From Trueperaceae bacterium (lineage in GTDB: Bacteria > Deinococcota > Deinococci > Deinococcales > Trueperaceae), in NCBI GenBank assembly GCA_965213925.1, contig OZ243927.1, positions 3,872,001 to 3,936,000 of the forward strand: 64,000 nt of DNA, read 5' to 3'. The translations under genes were made by a program, and so were the position numbers. Below are positions 43,406 through 54,906 of the stretch, piece by piece (within the stretch, counting starts at the first letter, position 1; every line of letters starts with the position of its first letter). The notes beneath the pieces are model-generated. The model was not told where the DNA came from, made no database searches, and saw only the letters and a program-made list of their open reading frames with translations.

Positions 43406-44442
43406 CGGCGCGTTTAGAACGCAACGTTCCCTTCTTGGTGTCGGGCGCAGCTTTAGCCTGGTTGGGGTTTGCGCTCTTCTTATTCATCCTGAGCTTCATC
43501 TCGTTCGACCTTAAAAATTTGCCGGAAGAGACGGGCACGCTCGTGCCGACCTTGTGGCTGCCGACGCTAGGCGTCAGCGCCACGACGATCATCCGCGTGG
43601 ACGCTTTCGACACGGGCATCAACCTGATCCCCTTTCTCGTGCTCTTCGCGCTCGTCGAATGGGGGCTCGCGTACCTCTACCGTGACCGCGACGAGAAGCT
43701 GGTGCGCCCACTTTTTAGAACGGCGGCGATCTTTCTTACTATTTGGTCGTTCTTCGGACACTTGCCGCTCTGGGACGTTTTTCTCAGTTGGCTCTTTCCA
43801 AATAGCCCGCGCGTCCTCTACCCGCAAGGGAGCGTGATCGGGCTGACTGCCGATCACCTGGAACTCGTCATTCTCTCCTCGGTCATTACGGTGAGCGTCG
43901 GGCTGGCGCTGGGCATTCTGGTGACGAGGGATCAGTTCCGCGAGTTTTTGCCGCTCGTGAGCGACTTCGTGAACGCCGGGCAGACGCTGCCAACGCTGGC
44001 GATTGTCGCAATTATGGTGCCGGTTATCGGTTTGGGTTTTTGGCCCGCCATCGTCGCGCTTATCCTCTACGGCCTCCTGCCCGTCGTGCGCAACACGATT
44101 GCAGGCTTAGAGGCGGTCAACGACTTCATGATCGACTCGGCGCGAGGGATGGGCATGACTGCCAGCCAAATCCTCTGGCAGATCGAGCTGCCCAACGCAA
44201 GTAGCATCATCCTGGCAGGCATTCGCACGAGCGTCGTGATCAATATCGGCACGGCGGCGCTGGGTGCGTACGCGGGCGCGAGCGGGTTGGGTCGCCCGAT
44301 TGCCGGGGGGCTTTCGCAAAACATCGTCCCTTACGTGATTTACGGCGCACTGCCCGCCGCGATGCTCGCCATTTTAGTCGATTACGTCTTGGAACGGGTA
44401 GAGTTTGTTTTGACGCCTAAAGGGTTGCAGGTGGAGAGTTAG
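43402..44442 (+). CDS. Osmoprotectant ABC permease (YehW-like)
   Basis: GQTLP.LA, YGLLPVVRNT and ARGMGM motifs. Confidence 0.88.
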   Translation: MTARLERNVPFLVSGAALAWLGFALFLFILSFISFDLKNLPEETGTLVPTLWLPTLGVSATTIIRVDAFDTGINLIPFLVLFALVEWGLAYLYRDRDEKLVRPLFRTAAIFLTIWSFFGHLPLWDVFLSWLFPNSPRVLYPQGSVIGLTADHLELVILSSVITVSVGLALGILVTRDQFREFLPLVSDFVNAGQTLPTLAIVAIMVPVIGLGFWPAIVALILYGLLPVVRNTIAGLEAVNDFMIDSARGMGMTASQILWQIELPNASSIILAGIRTSVVINIGTAALGAYAGASGLGRPIAGGLSQNIVPYVIYGALPAAMLAILVDYVLERVEFVLTPKGLQVES

Positions 44443-44605
44443 ACCTTCCGTGCGGGCTTGCGTAGCGAGAAGAATTTGAGGAAACTCGCTCGAGCTGTTG
44501 CTGAGTTGCCTCGAGGCTTGTCGCGCGGCTGTGAAGTGAAAAAATACGAATTTCGATAACGGTGAAATTCGCATCACTCGAGAAAGCATCAATCCAAAGA
44601 CAACG

Positions 44606-44637
44606 AAAAAAGCCGCCACATATGTGGCGGCTTTTTT
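44606..44637. terminator. Bidirectional intrinsic terminator
   Basis: Perfect palindrome AAAAAAGCCGCCACATATGTGGCGGCTTTTTT. Confidence 0.9.
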
Positions 44638-44650
44638 ACGGATAAGAAAA

Positions 44651-44776
44651 TTACCGGTTCACTCTAAAAATCTTCGTTGTAGGTACGTCGTTCTTGACGC
44701 TTTTGCCAGCCGACGCTGCACCGAAAAGGCTGAAGGAAAGGGCAACGACCAAGACTTTGATAGCAACTTTTTTCAT
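44651..44776 (-). CDS. 41-aa secreted peptide MKKVAIKVLVVALSFSLFGAASAGKSVKNDVPTTKIFRVNR (absent from the ORF track)
   Basis: GGAGGAG SD 5 nt before ATG; n-/h-region and ASA signal peptidase I site; terminator directly downstream. Confidence 0.8.
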   Translation of the reverse strand: MKKVAIKVLVVALSFSLFGAASAGKSVKNDVPTTKIFRVNR

Positions 44777-44834
44777 AGCATCTCCTCCCAGAGACTTCGC
44801 TTAAAGCGAAAGTGAGTTGTTCCGGGAAGAGTTC

Positions 44835-44905
44835 CCGGCCGGTTGCGCTACTAGCTCCGTCTACCCTAAGCGCCCAATTACAGGATAGAGATCATCGCTT
44901 CCGTG
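44835..44905 (-). ncRNA. Class II c-di-GMP riboswitch (c-di-GMP-II)
   Basis: Minus strand reads GGAAGCGAUGA..UCUAUCCUG-UAAUUGGGCGCU-UAGGGUAGA-CGGAGCUAGUAGCGCAACCGGCC: 9-bp stem, GCGCU/AGCGC pseudoknot, tandem GA kink-turn; matches the recalled consensus. Confidence 0.85.
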
Positions 44906-44994
44906 GAGGCTTTTGCGCCTCGAGATACAATGTAGCATTCATATAGTTAAACTTGCGAGAAGGTTTTTACAAGGGGTTTAGGTAGTGGCGCAGC

Positions 44995-45960
44995 TTACGC
45001 GGCGTTAGGTTGCTCACTGAGCCTACTCAGCGCTGAGATAAAGGCGGACACGACCTCTTTAGGATAATGAAGCCCAGCGTACTGCTTTAACTCACCGAAC
45101 GCTTGCTCGGGGCTTAGGGCCCGGCGGTAAGGTCGATCTGTGGTCATCGCGTCATACGTATCCGCCACAGCCACAACCGAGGACTCGATCAAGATGTCGT
45201 CGCCCGACAGTCCATAGGGGTAGCCCGACCCGTCACGGCGCTCATGGTGCTGCTCGACAATTGCGCCCGCCTCTTTAAGGTAGGTCGTTTCTAACAGCTC
45301 GCGCCCGAAGGTCGGGTGCTGTTTGACAATATGCCACTCCGGAGCGCTCAGCGCGGAGGGTTTTTGTAGGATGTCGAGTGGCACCTTGACCTTGCCCACG
45401 TCGTGCAAGTACGCGCCGTAGTCGAGGAGGTAAAGTCTATCGGGGGGCAAACCCAGCTCTTGCCCGGTCGCGTAGGAGAGCGTCTGCAAGCGGCGGCAGT
45501 GCCCGGCGGTGTAGCCGTCGCGCAGTTCGACCTCGACCGCTAGGCGCATCAACTCGTCGAGTTCTTGGCTGAGGGTATGAAAGATGGGCTTCGTGGTGAA
45601 GTATAAAAAGCGCACTTCGGAGAGCGCTGAGAGCGTGCACGCCTCGTCGAGTCCAGAGGTGACGATATAGTCACCCGTGCCCAGGGTCGACGCGCCGTAG
45701 CGCAAGGTACCCGCTAAGATATAGTACGTTTCGGTCGCGTCCCCTGAAGAGATGAGCGTCATGCGCTCGCCTTGCCTGAGAGTTCCCTCGAGTACCTCGG
45801 TGCCTTGTCCGGCGACAAGTAGCCGCACGTCAACCGCTTTCGAGGCGACCCTCTCTAAACTTTCACCCCGCTTATGAAAGCGTAAACCTAGGGGCGCAGC
45901 GTCTTTCACCGCATTGTCCAACTCTGAGCGTTCATCACACATATTCGCTAAGTATGGCAC
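44995..45960 (-). CDS. HD-GYP cyclic dinucleotide phosphodiesterase with an N-terminal cupin-like domain
   Basis: YTAGHC, LHDVGK, HHERRDGSGYPYGL and DAMTTDRPYR motifs; beta-rich N-terminus (ETYYILAG.L....L..GDYI). Confidence 0.9.
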   Translation of the reverse strand: MPYLANMCDERSELDNAVKDAAPLGLRFHKRGESLERVASKAVDVRLLVAGQGTEVLEGTLRQGERMTLISSGDATETYYILAGTLRYGASTLGTGDYIVTSGLDEACTLSALSEVRFLYFTTKPIFHTLSQELDELMRLAVEVELRDGYTAGHCRRLQTLSYATGQELGLPPDRLYLLDYGAYLHDVGKVKVPLDILQKPSALSAPEWHIVKQHPTFGRELLETTYLKEAGAIVEQHHERRDGSGYPYGLSGDDILIESSVVAVADTYDAMTTDRPYRRALSPEQAFGELKQYAGLHYPKEVVSAFISALSRLSEQPNAA

Positions 45961-46087
45961 TCACCGCCGTACATAGACGTTGAATATTTCGTGCAGCGCG
46001 AGGTTATTTACATTATTTCAGCAGAGGAAGCGAGAGGCTGCAACCCCTCGCTCACATCGGTTAGCGCTGGGCAGGGACGTCGCTACC

Positions 46088-46819
46088 TTACATATGATGT
46101 CCACCGTTGATGCTCAGCACCGTGCCCGTCACGTAGCTCGCCCGTGGCGAGAGCAAGTAAGCCACGCCCCACGCGATTTCGTCCGGCTGACCGAAGCGCT
46201 TAAAGGGAATTTCGGAAGTGATTCGGTCCTTAACCTTGTCGGGCACGCCCTCTAACATGTTCGTCTCGATAAAGCCCGGCGCGACGACGTTCGTGCGAAC
46301 CTTGTTCTTCGCGCCCTCGCGCGCGAGCGATTTACCGAAGCCCATCAAGGCGGCTTTGGCGGCGGCGTAGTTAGCTTGCCCCATGTTGCCGCGCTCGCCC
46401 ACGATGGACGAAATGAGCACGATCGAGCCCTCGCCGTGCTCGTTCATCTTGGACATCACCGGACGCACCGTGTTGTAGACGCCTGTCAGGTTCGTCTCGA
46501 TAACGGTGTTCCACTGCTCCAAATCCGACTTGACGAACAGTCCGTCCTTGGTAATGCCCGCGTTCGCCACCACGCCGTAGATCGGTCCGAGTTCTTGTTC
46601 GGTGCGCTCGGCGGCCTCTTTCATCGCCGCTTCGTCGCGCACGTCCGCCTGGATCGCTAAGGAGCCGTGCTCGCCCTCGCTCGTGCGGTAGGTATACGCC
46701 ACCTTCGCGCCCGAGTCTTCCAAGAGGTCGACGATCGCTGAGCCGATGCCCTTGTTGCCGCCCGTGACCAAAATGACCTTGTCCTCTAAACCGAGTGTCG
46801 CCGCCACAAAACCACCCAC
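46088..46819 (-). CDS. Acetoacetyl-CoA / 3-oxoacyl-ACP reductase (PhaB/FabG-like SDR)
   Basis: TGGNKGIG, NAGITKD, GQANYAAAK and INGGHHM motifs. Confidence 0.88.
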   Translation of the reverse strand: MGGFVAATLGLEDKVILVTGGNKGIGSAIVDLLEDSGAKVAYTYRTSEGEHGSLAIQADVRDEAAMKEAAERTEQELGPIYGVVANAGITKDGLFVKSDLEQWNTVIETNLTGVYNTVRPVMSKMNEHGEGSIVLISSIVGERGNMGQANYAAAKAALMGFGKSLAREGAKNKVRTNVVAPGFIETNMLEGVPDKVKDRITSEIPFKRFGQPDEIAWGVAYLLSPRASYVTGTVLSINGGHHM

Positions 46820-47103
46820 CTATCTTGTTGATTTGCCACACTATACAGGTCAGGTGAGAGGAGCACAAGGGTAGGAAGAGGTCGTACTAAAAATCGGTTG
46901 AGCAGAAGTTATCTTCGCTCGACTGTCATCCTGTTCGTTTCGTGGAGCCTTGCAAATGCGAAGCCTCGCTGCGTTCGCCTTCTCCTCTAGCCGAGCCTGG
47001 AAGGGTAACGAGGAAGTATCGGGCAAACCTCAGCTCACCGTGTCGGGAAGCTCGAGCAGGATAGAACTGAGCAGCGCGTAGCATATGCGCGCTTTTCGCT
47101 AGG

Positions 47104-47775
47104 TCAGACGATGACCTTCACCACTTCTACCCCATTTCGCGCCAACTGGTGTAAAAAGAGCGCGTGGTAGAGGTCGCCGGGGTGATCGGGGGCGTCCCAG
47201 GTCTGCACGCAGCTTTCTGGCACGATCACGCGCTGCCCCAGTCCGCCCGCGAGGTTGCGCACCTGCAGGTGCAGCGCTAGCGTATACAAACAGAGGTCGG
47301 TCACGTCGCCTACGGCGATGAGGTTCTTAACCTGCAAAGATTCCAACCACCTGTTAAACCCCTCGCTCGTATGGCTAGCGATGCTGTTCTTCTCGAAGTG
47401 CTGATAGTTGCTCCAGTGCGGAAGCTCTTTAAGCTCAGCCACCGCTTCGGCTTCGTCGGTGCCTTTCACGCAGTGCTCGGGGTAGGCGTTAAACTCCTGC
47501 GCGTTTTGTGGGTGGGCGTCCTGGACGAAGGCAACGTTGCTAGGCGGGACGCCGTGGTTAGTCACGCGTCGCACCAGCTCCACCACACTCGGGATAATCG
47601 CTTCGACCCTCGGGCTGGCGAGCGCGCCCTTGCGGTGAAAGCCTTCGATGACGTCCACGCTGACGAGAGCGGTATCACCTGGTTCTAATTCCGCCAACGC
47701 AAGCTCAGGCAAGTCCGCGAGCCAGTTGTCTAAGAGGTCAGCGTAGTCTGTCGCTTGGGTTTTTAAGTCGTTCAT
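47104..47775 (-). CDS. Isochorismatase/nicotinamidase family cysteine hydrolase
   Basis: VDVIEGF, QDAH, YPEHC and GDVTDLC motifs. Confidence 0.88.
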   Translation of the reverse strand: MNDLKTQATDYADLLDNWLADLPELALAELEPGDTALVSVDVIEGFHRKGALASPRVEAIIPSVVELVRRVTNHGVPPSNVAFVQDAHPQNAQEFNAYPEHCVKGTDEAEAVAELKELPHWSNYQHFEKNSIASHTSEGFNRWLESLQVKNLIAVGDVTDLCLYTLALHLQVRNLAGGLGQRVIVPESCVQTWDAPDHPGDLYHALFLHQLARNGVEVVKVIV

Positions 47776-48013
47776 AGCTCTAGTCTAACGAAACATCTAC
47801 GACGCGACTGTTTGCAGTACCGTAGTACACCCTCACCCTACTATCATTTCTCTGATCTTATGTTAGACTAGATGTAGCGGAAGAACGTTTACGTTCGACG
47901 TTCCACTTAGACCACAACATTTTGCACTTTCTTACGCGACTTATTCTTTCTGTCAAGTTTTGACGACGCGAGGGTAAAACTAAGACTCACGGGGCAGCTT
48001 TTGGAGGCGTGGC

Positions 48014-48289
48014 ATGGCAAAAGCAACCAAAGTCGACATCTATGGCACGAACTGGTGCGGTCTGACCCAAAGTTTCCGCGATGACCTCGCCTCTGCGGAT
48101 GTCCCTTTCGAGTATCACGACATCGAGTCGGACAGCGACGCGGAGGAGACGGTCATCGAACTGAACGGCGGCAAGCGCAAGTTCCCGATGGTCGTCGTCG
48201 GCGACAAGGCGCTCAAGAATCCCGCTTTAGAGGAACTCGACGCCGCGCTCACTGAATTAGGGCTGCTCGAGCCGCAAAAGACGCTCTAA
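48014..48289 (+). CDS. Glutaredoxin/mycoredoxin-like protein (CxxT)
   Basis: YGTNWCGLT, DIE and NGG.R.FP motifs; SD GGAGG. Confidence 0.8.
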   Translation: MAKATKVDIYGTNWCGLTQSFRDDLASADVPFEYHDIESDSDAEETVIELNGGKRKFPMVVVGDKALKNPALEELDAALTELGLLEPQKTL

Positions 48290-48370
48290 GCATTCGTAGA
48301 GGTCGAATTTATTAACCCGACCCGGTGAGGATTTGCATCGCTGCGCACCTCTACGTCTCTTTGCATCATC

Positions 48371-48612
48371 ACTAGTACACTGTCAACTAAGTATTGCTAC
48401 CTCTTGTATGTCACCCTGTTCACGAAGTAGAGCGAAGCTTCGGCGAAGGCGTAAGGGTCTCGTTTGGCTACTGCCAAAACTTTGTAACTCGCAGTCTCGG
48501 CTGGTTGGGAATGAAAGACGAGATTCTTTCACTCCACAGCCTGCCCTGAGCAACGTCGAATGGGTTGCGTTCAGAATGACATCACTCATTTTTTACTTGA
48601 CAGTGTACTAGT
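48371..48612. mobile_element. MITE-like cassette with perfect 16-bp terminal inverted repeats enclosing a TGTCA...TGACA repeat (48409-48581)
   Basis: ACTAGTACACTGTCAA / TTGACAGTGTACTAGT; inner element is an inverted near-copy of 51253-51449. Confidence 0.6.
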
Positions 48613-48758
48613 ACACTGTTCATTAAGTTTCGCGGTATCCGCGAATGTCACCCCGAGTCCAGTTGAGGGGCCTCGTCTAGCTGCGCTAAAACTGCGTGAC
48701 TTGCACTCTCTGTCAGAGGAGAAGGTGGTTTAGGTTGTCGAAGCTGAGGTACTTACAA

Positions 48759-50525
<1,767 letters not shown>

Positions 50526-50582
50526 CTCTCAAGCCTAACGCGAGACTCATGAAGAGGTCGTCTCACACGTTATACTTCCGAG

Positions 50583-51248
50583 ATGGAAACGCCCCTCGTA
50601 CCGCGCCCGGTCCGCTTAGCGGGACACTTACCTTACCTCTTTTATGCGCCCGATGCTCAGACTGCAGGACTGCCCCTCGTCCTCTTCCTGCACGGCTCGG
50701 GTGAGCGGGGCGACGATCTCGAGCGCGTGAAAACGTACGGCTTGCCCGACGTGCTTAAAACCCGCAATCCCTTCCCTGAAGACGTCCTCGTCCTCGCGCC
50801 GCAGTGCCCCGAAGAGACGCGCTGGACAGACCACTTGGACGCGCTCGAGGCTCTTCTGGATGACGCAGTAGCGCGCTACGACGCAGATGTGAGCCGCATC
50901 TACCTAACAGGGCTGAGCTTAGGAGGACAAGGAGTTTGGTATCTGGGCGCGGCGCATCCCGACCTCTTTGCCGCGCTCGCGCCCGTCTGCGGCAGGAGCG
51001 ATCCGGAAAGGGCGTGCGCGCTTAGGGAGATGCCCATTTGGGCGTTTCACGGCGCAAAGGACGACCGCGTGCCCCTAATCGAATCTACCCAGATGGTTGA
51101 CGCCGTAAACGCTTGCGGCGGACACGCGAAACTAACCGTTTATCCGAACGTTGGACACATCTCCTGGGACCATGCCTACGGTACGCCTGAACTTTACCAT
51201 TGGCTGCTAAAACAAGCGAAATTTAGTACGCCGTTAAGTAAAAAATGA
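50583..51248 (+). CDS. Alpha/beta hydrolase (predicted esterase/peptidase)
   Basis: FLHGSGERG, GLSLGG, FHGAKD and GH motifs. Confidence 0.88.
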   Translation: METPLVPRPVRLAGHLPYLFYAPDAQTAGLPLVLFLHGSGERGDDLERVKTYGLPDVLKTRNPFPEDVLVLAPQCPEETRWTDHLDALEALLDDAVARYDADVSRIYLTGLSLGGQGVWYLGAAHPDLFAALAPVCGRSDPERACALREMPIWAFHGAKDDRVPLIESTQMVDAVNACGGHAKLTVYPNVGHISWDHAYGTPELYHWLLKQAKFSTPLSKK

Positions 51249-51252
51249 GTGG

Positions 51253-51449
51253 TGTCATTCCGAACGGAGCGACAGCGGAGCCCTTTACAGGATAGGCTTC
51301 GCCTGATGAAAGAATCTCTGACCTTGCTGACTCCTCTTGCTGAGATTGAAAGTTACAGGGTTTTGGCTATTGCCAAACGAGACCCTTACGCCTTCGCCGA
51401 AGCTTCGCGTCACTGCGTTCCCGCTGGCTACTTCGTGAACAGGGTGACA
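51253..51449 (+). repeat. MITE/REP-like element copy
   Basis: TGTCATTCCGAACG...TGAAAGAATCTC...GCCAAACGAGACCCTTACGCCTTCGCCGAAGCTTCGC...CTACTTCGTGAACAGGGTGACA. Confidence 0.75.
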
Positions 51450-51632
51450 ACAATATCGCATTTCTTACTTAACGCTGTATTTAGCTAGACTTACCCCTGT
51501 TATGAAGGAAGCCGCGTTTCCCGACCTCTTCGCACAACCTCTGCTCAGCGTCGTAAAATCTTCAAGGTGTGAGTGTTCTTACATCCTAAGGAAAAGATGT
51601 ACACTTGCGTTTGGAGCGAAAGGAGCGTGGTC

Positions 51633-53615
51633 ATGAGAACTCGAGCCCACCAATTCCGTATTGGTACACGTCAGGCCTTAATCACAGTGTTGGCTAGCGT
51701 CCTACTTTTATTCAGCGCGGCTCACGCGCAGACCTCCCAAAACACACCTTCTTTTTCCTTCGAAGCGCCCGAAGTCGCGCTCGCGGGCATCCCGTTCAGT
51801 CAGACCATCGAGGCGTCAGGACCGGTGGGCGAGCCCCTCGAGCTTGAGGTCGGCGGACAACGTTATCCCATCGCCCCCAACGCTTTCAGCGAAGCCGGCT
51901 TGGGCTTTGAGGCGACGGTAGAAGACATCCAGGTGCCGGTAGGCAGCTTCGACATGCGGCTCGTCCAGGGCGGGGAGACGCTCTCGGAGGGGTCCTCGAG
52001 GGCCATCTTCGGCTGGCTCGCGATTCTGCCGCCGCTCATCGCTATCGCGGTGGCGCTCGTCACGCGCCAGGTGATTCCGGCGCTCTTTCTAGGCATTTTA
52101 GTCGGCGCAGTGACCAGTCACGGCTTTTCGCTCTCCGGTGTGTGGACGGGGCTTTTAGAGACGCTCAACCGTTATGTACTACAAGCTCTCGTCCCACCCG
52201 ACGGCAGCACGGGGCACGCGGCGATCATCGTCTTTACGCTCATGATCGGCGGGATGGTCGGCATTATCTCGCGTAATGGCGGCATGAAAGGGGTCGTGAA
52301 CCGCATCACGGGCTTCGCCTCGACGCCTAGGCGTGGTCAAGTAGCGACGAGTTTTTTAGGCGTCGCCATCTTCTTCGACGACTACGCGAACACGCTCGTC
52401 GTCGGCAACACCATGCGCCCCGTGACCGACAGGCTCAAGATTTCGCGGGAGAAGCTCGCCTACATCGTGGACTCGACGGCGGCTCCGGTGGCAACCATTG
52501 GGCTGATCACGACCTGGATAGGCTTCGAGGTGGGGCTCATCGGCGACGCGGTCAGCAACATCGAGGGCTTCGATATGGCAGCTTACACCATCTTCCTCAA
52601 CTCGATTCCTTACAGCTTCTATCCCATCCTCGCGGTGCTGTTCGTCTTCATGGTGGCGCTCTCCGGGCGGGACTACGGAGCGATGCTCCAGGCGGAGCGG
52701 CGCGCTCGGCGCACTGGGTCGGTGATGCGGGAGGACTCGAGGGTCGACGACATCGGCGACGAGATGGAGCCCAAAGAGGACGTCCCCGAGCGCGCGCTCA
52801 ACGCGATCATCCCTATCGTGGTGCTTGTCGCCGTGGCGATCGTCGGGCTTTTCGCGACGGGCGAAGGCGACAATGTGCAAGACATCATCGGCAGCGCGGA
52901 CTCCTTCACCTCGCTCGTGTGGGCGTCGCTCTTGGGCGTGCTCGCGGCGGCGCTACTCAGCGTGGGTCAGCGAATTTTGTCGTTAGATGAGACGGTAAGC
53001 GCGTGGTACAGCGGGCTTAAAAACATGCTCTTCGTCATCATCATCTTGATCTTGGCGTGGGCGCTCTCCGGCGTGACGGACGTGCTGCATACAGGCGACT
53101 ATCTGGTCTCCATTTTAGGCGAGAGCCTAGCGCCCGCCGTTTTGCCCGCGCTCATCTTCGTTGTGTCGGCGGCGACGGCGTTCGCGACGGGCACGAGCTG
53201 GGGGACGATGGGCATCTTGGTGCCGCTCACGGTGCCGCTGACCTGGGCCATTTTGCAGGCGAACGGGATGGCGTCGCCCGAGCATTACGCGATTCTTTAC
53301 GCCTCGATCGCGTCGGTGCTTTCAGGCGCGGTTTGGGGCGACCACTGCTCGCCGATTTCAGACACCACGATTATCTCGTCGATGGCGTCGGGGTGTGACC
53401 ACATCGACCACGTGCGCACGCAGCTACCCTACGCGCTCACGGTCGGCGTTGTCGGGCTGCTCATCGGCTTGTTGCCAGTTGGTTTGGGCGCGCCCTGGTG
53501 GGTGATGATGCTCGCGGGCGCTCTCGTGCTGGCAGGGGTGCTCTTCACGTTCGGGAAAAACGTTGAGGCGACGGAGGAGAAACAAGCTGGAGCAACAGCC
53601 GCAGAGACAGCTTGA
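51633..53615 (+). CDS. Na+/H+ antiporter NhaC family protein with an extracellular N-terminal domain
   Basis: FFDDYAN, DSTAAP, GTSWGT and GDHCSPISDTT motifs; SD AAGGAG. Confidence 0.9.
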   Translation: MRTRAHQFRIGTRQALITVLASVLLLFSAAHAQTSQNTPSFSFEAPEVALAGIPFSQTIEASGPVGEPLELEVGGQRYPIAPNAFSEAGLGFEATVEDIQVPVGSFDMRLVQGGETLSEGSSRAIFGWLAILPPLIAIAVALVTRQVIPALFLGILVGAVTSHGFSLSGVWTGLLETLNRYVLQALVPPDGSTGHAAIIVFTLMIGGMVGIISRNGGMKGVVNRITGFASTPRRGQVATSFLGVAIFFDDYANTLVVGNTMRPVTDRLKISREKLAYIVDSTAAPVATIGLITTWIGFEVGLIGDAVSNIEGFDMAAYTIFLNSIPYSFYPILAVLFVFMVALSGRDYGAMLQAERRARRTGSVMREDSRVDDIGDEMEPKEDVPERALNAIIPIVVLVAVAIVGLFATGEGDNVQDIIGSADSFTSLVWASLLGVLAAALLSVGQRILSLDETVSAWYSGLKNMLFVIIILILAWALSGVTDVLHTGDYLVSILGESLAPAVLPALIFVVSAATAFATGTSWGTMGILVPLTVPLTWAILQANGMASPEHYAILYASIASVLSGAVWGDHCSPISDTTIISSMASGCDHIDHVRTQLPYALTVGVVGLLIGLLPVGLGAPWWVMMLAGALVLAGVLFTFGKNVEATEEKQAGATAAETA

Positions 53616-53676
53616 ATGTTGACTGCCGAAGCTTAGCGTTACGTGCGCTTTCACCTAGCTAATCGCTGACCGAATA

Positions 53677-53715
53677 GAGAAGGAAGCCCGCTGTGCCCGA
53701 GCTTCCTTCTTTTTC
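53677..53715 (+). terminator. Intrinsic terminator
   Basis: GAAGGAAGC...GCTTCCTTC plus T-tract. Confidence 0.7.
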
Positions 53716-54064
53716 ATCTCGGGCGCAGCGAGCGTTCCTGGCGCTGCAACGGTGCACGTGAACCGTTCACGATGAGGTCGACGCGGGTGACGCAGCGTCA
53801 TTCCAGCGAGCGCCAGGCTGCATAGTAGGAAAATTTACAAGACTGCTAAACGCAGTGTGCAACGCTTACTTCTTGTGGGAGTGGGGCTCGAGCTTTTCCT
53901 CGTCCACCCGCGCACTCTTACATCGCTCTGACGCGGTAAAAAATCACACAGGTCGCCTACATGATCTCTTCATACTTTGTTCATGCAGTGCATTAGAGCT
54001 TGATTAGAAGCGTAGTAGGGTCTACCATGTGAATAATTCCATAGGAGGGATTACGGAGGCAACT

Positions 54065-54304
54065 ATGTTCTTTTCATCTTCTTTAGACCGAGCCGCCGAC
54101 CGGCACGTAAGAGCGCAGCTCAAGGCGCGCGAGGCGAAGCGCCAGCAGCGCGGCGTCGCCGAGGCGCTCACCGAACTGCGGCGAGCCGAGGCGCACTGGA
54201 ACGCTGTCTGTAGCGGCGCACCGCACGAAGCTCAGTCTAGCCTCATCGGACGGATTTTCTCCTTAGAAGCGTTCCGGGCGGCGCTCTGGATGATCAAATC
54301 GTAG
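54065..54304 (+). CDS. Small hypothetical protein
   Basis: GGAGG SD 5 nt before ATG; helical 79-aa ORF. Confidence 0.55.
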   Translation: MFFSSSLDRAADRHVRAQLKAREAKRQQRGVAEALTELRRAEAHWNAVCSGAPHEAQSSLIGRIFSLEAFRAALWMIKS

Positions 54305-54906
54305 CACCCGGTGTTGGAGCTGCGAGTTCGTGTCTACGCCGGCGGTCCGAAAACGCTCGACCTTATGGATGGTCGGGACACGCAACTGCTAACCTAGCGA
54401 GCTGTACCCCTTACAATTTCACGGATTATTTTATAAACCTCTACCTGGTTTTCATCGTGGCTCTCCAAAGCTGCGTTTATAGCAGTTCATATAAGCGTTG
54501 AGCTTGATTCATGTAAGCCTTATCTCCGTAAGTACGTGCTAATCGATTAAAGGTGAGACTAGCTCAAACCACACCTGCTACCGACGTCTGCCGAGGTCAC
54601 GGAGTGACGTCTTCCAGCGCTCGCCGTCGCAAACTTCTGCGCACGCGACGTTCTACACGCCTTACGCTATTTGAGAAACATCTTTGGTAGGGCGCTTAAC
54701 AGAGCCCTAGAGGTTTATGTGCTCTACTTTGACGTGTAGTTCTTCACATTTGTAGCGCATACTATCGGGGCTGTAAGACTGTTTTATAGAGGCGGGGAAG
54801 GGCGCTTATGTCGAATAATCCTCGATGAAACTAGGACGGACCAAACGAGGACCGTGTTGCGGCGCTGCTTAGTAGATGTGAACTGCTACAGACGTTAGGA
54901 GGCAAC

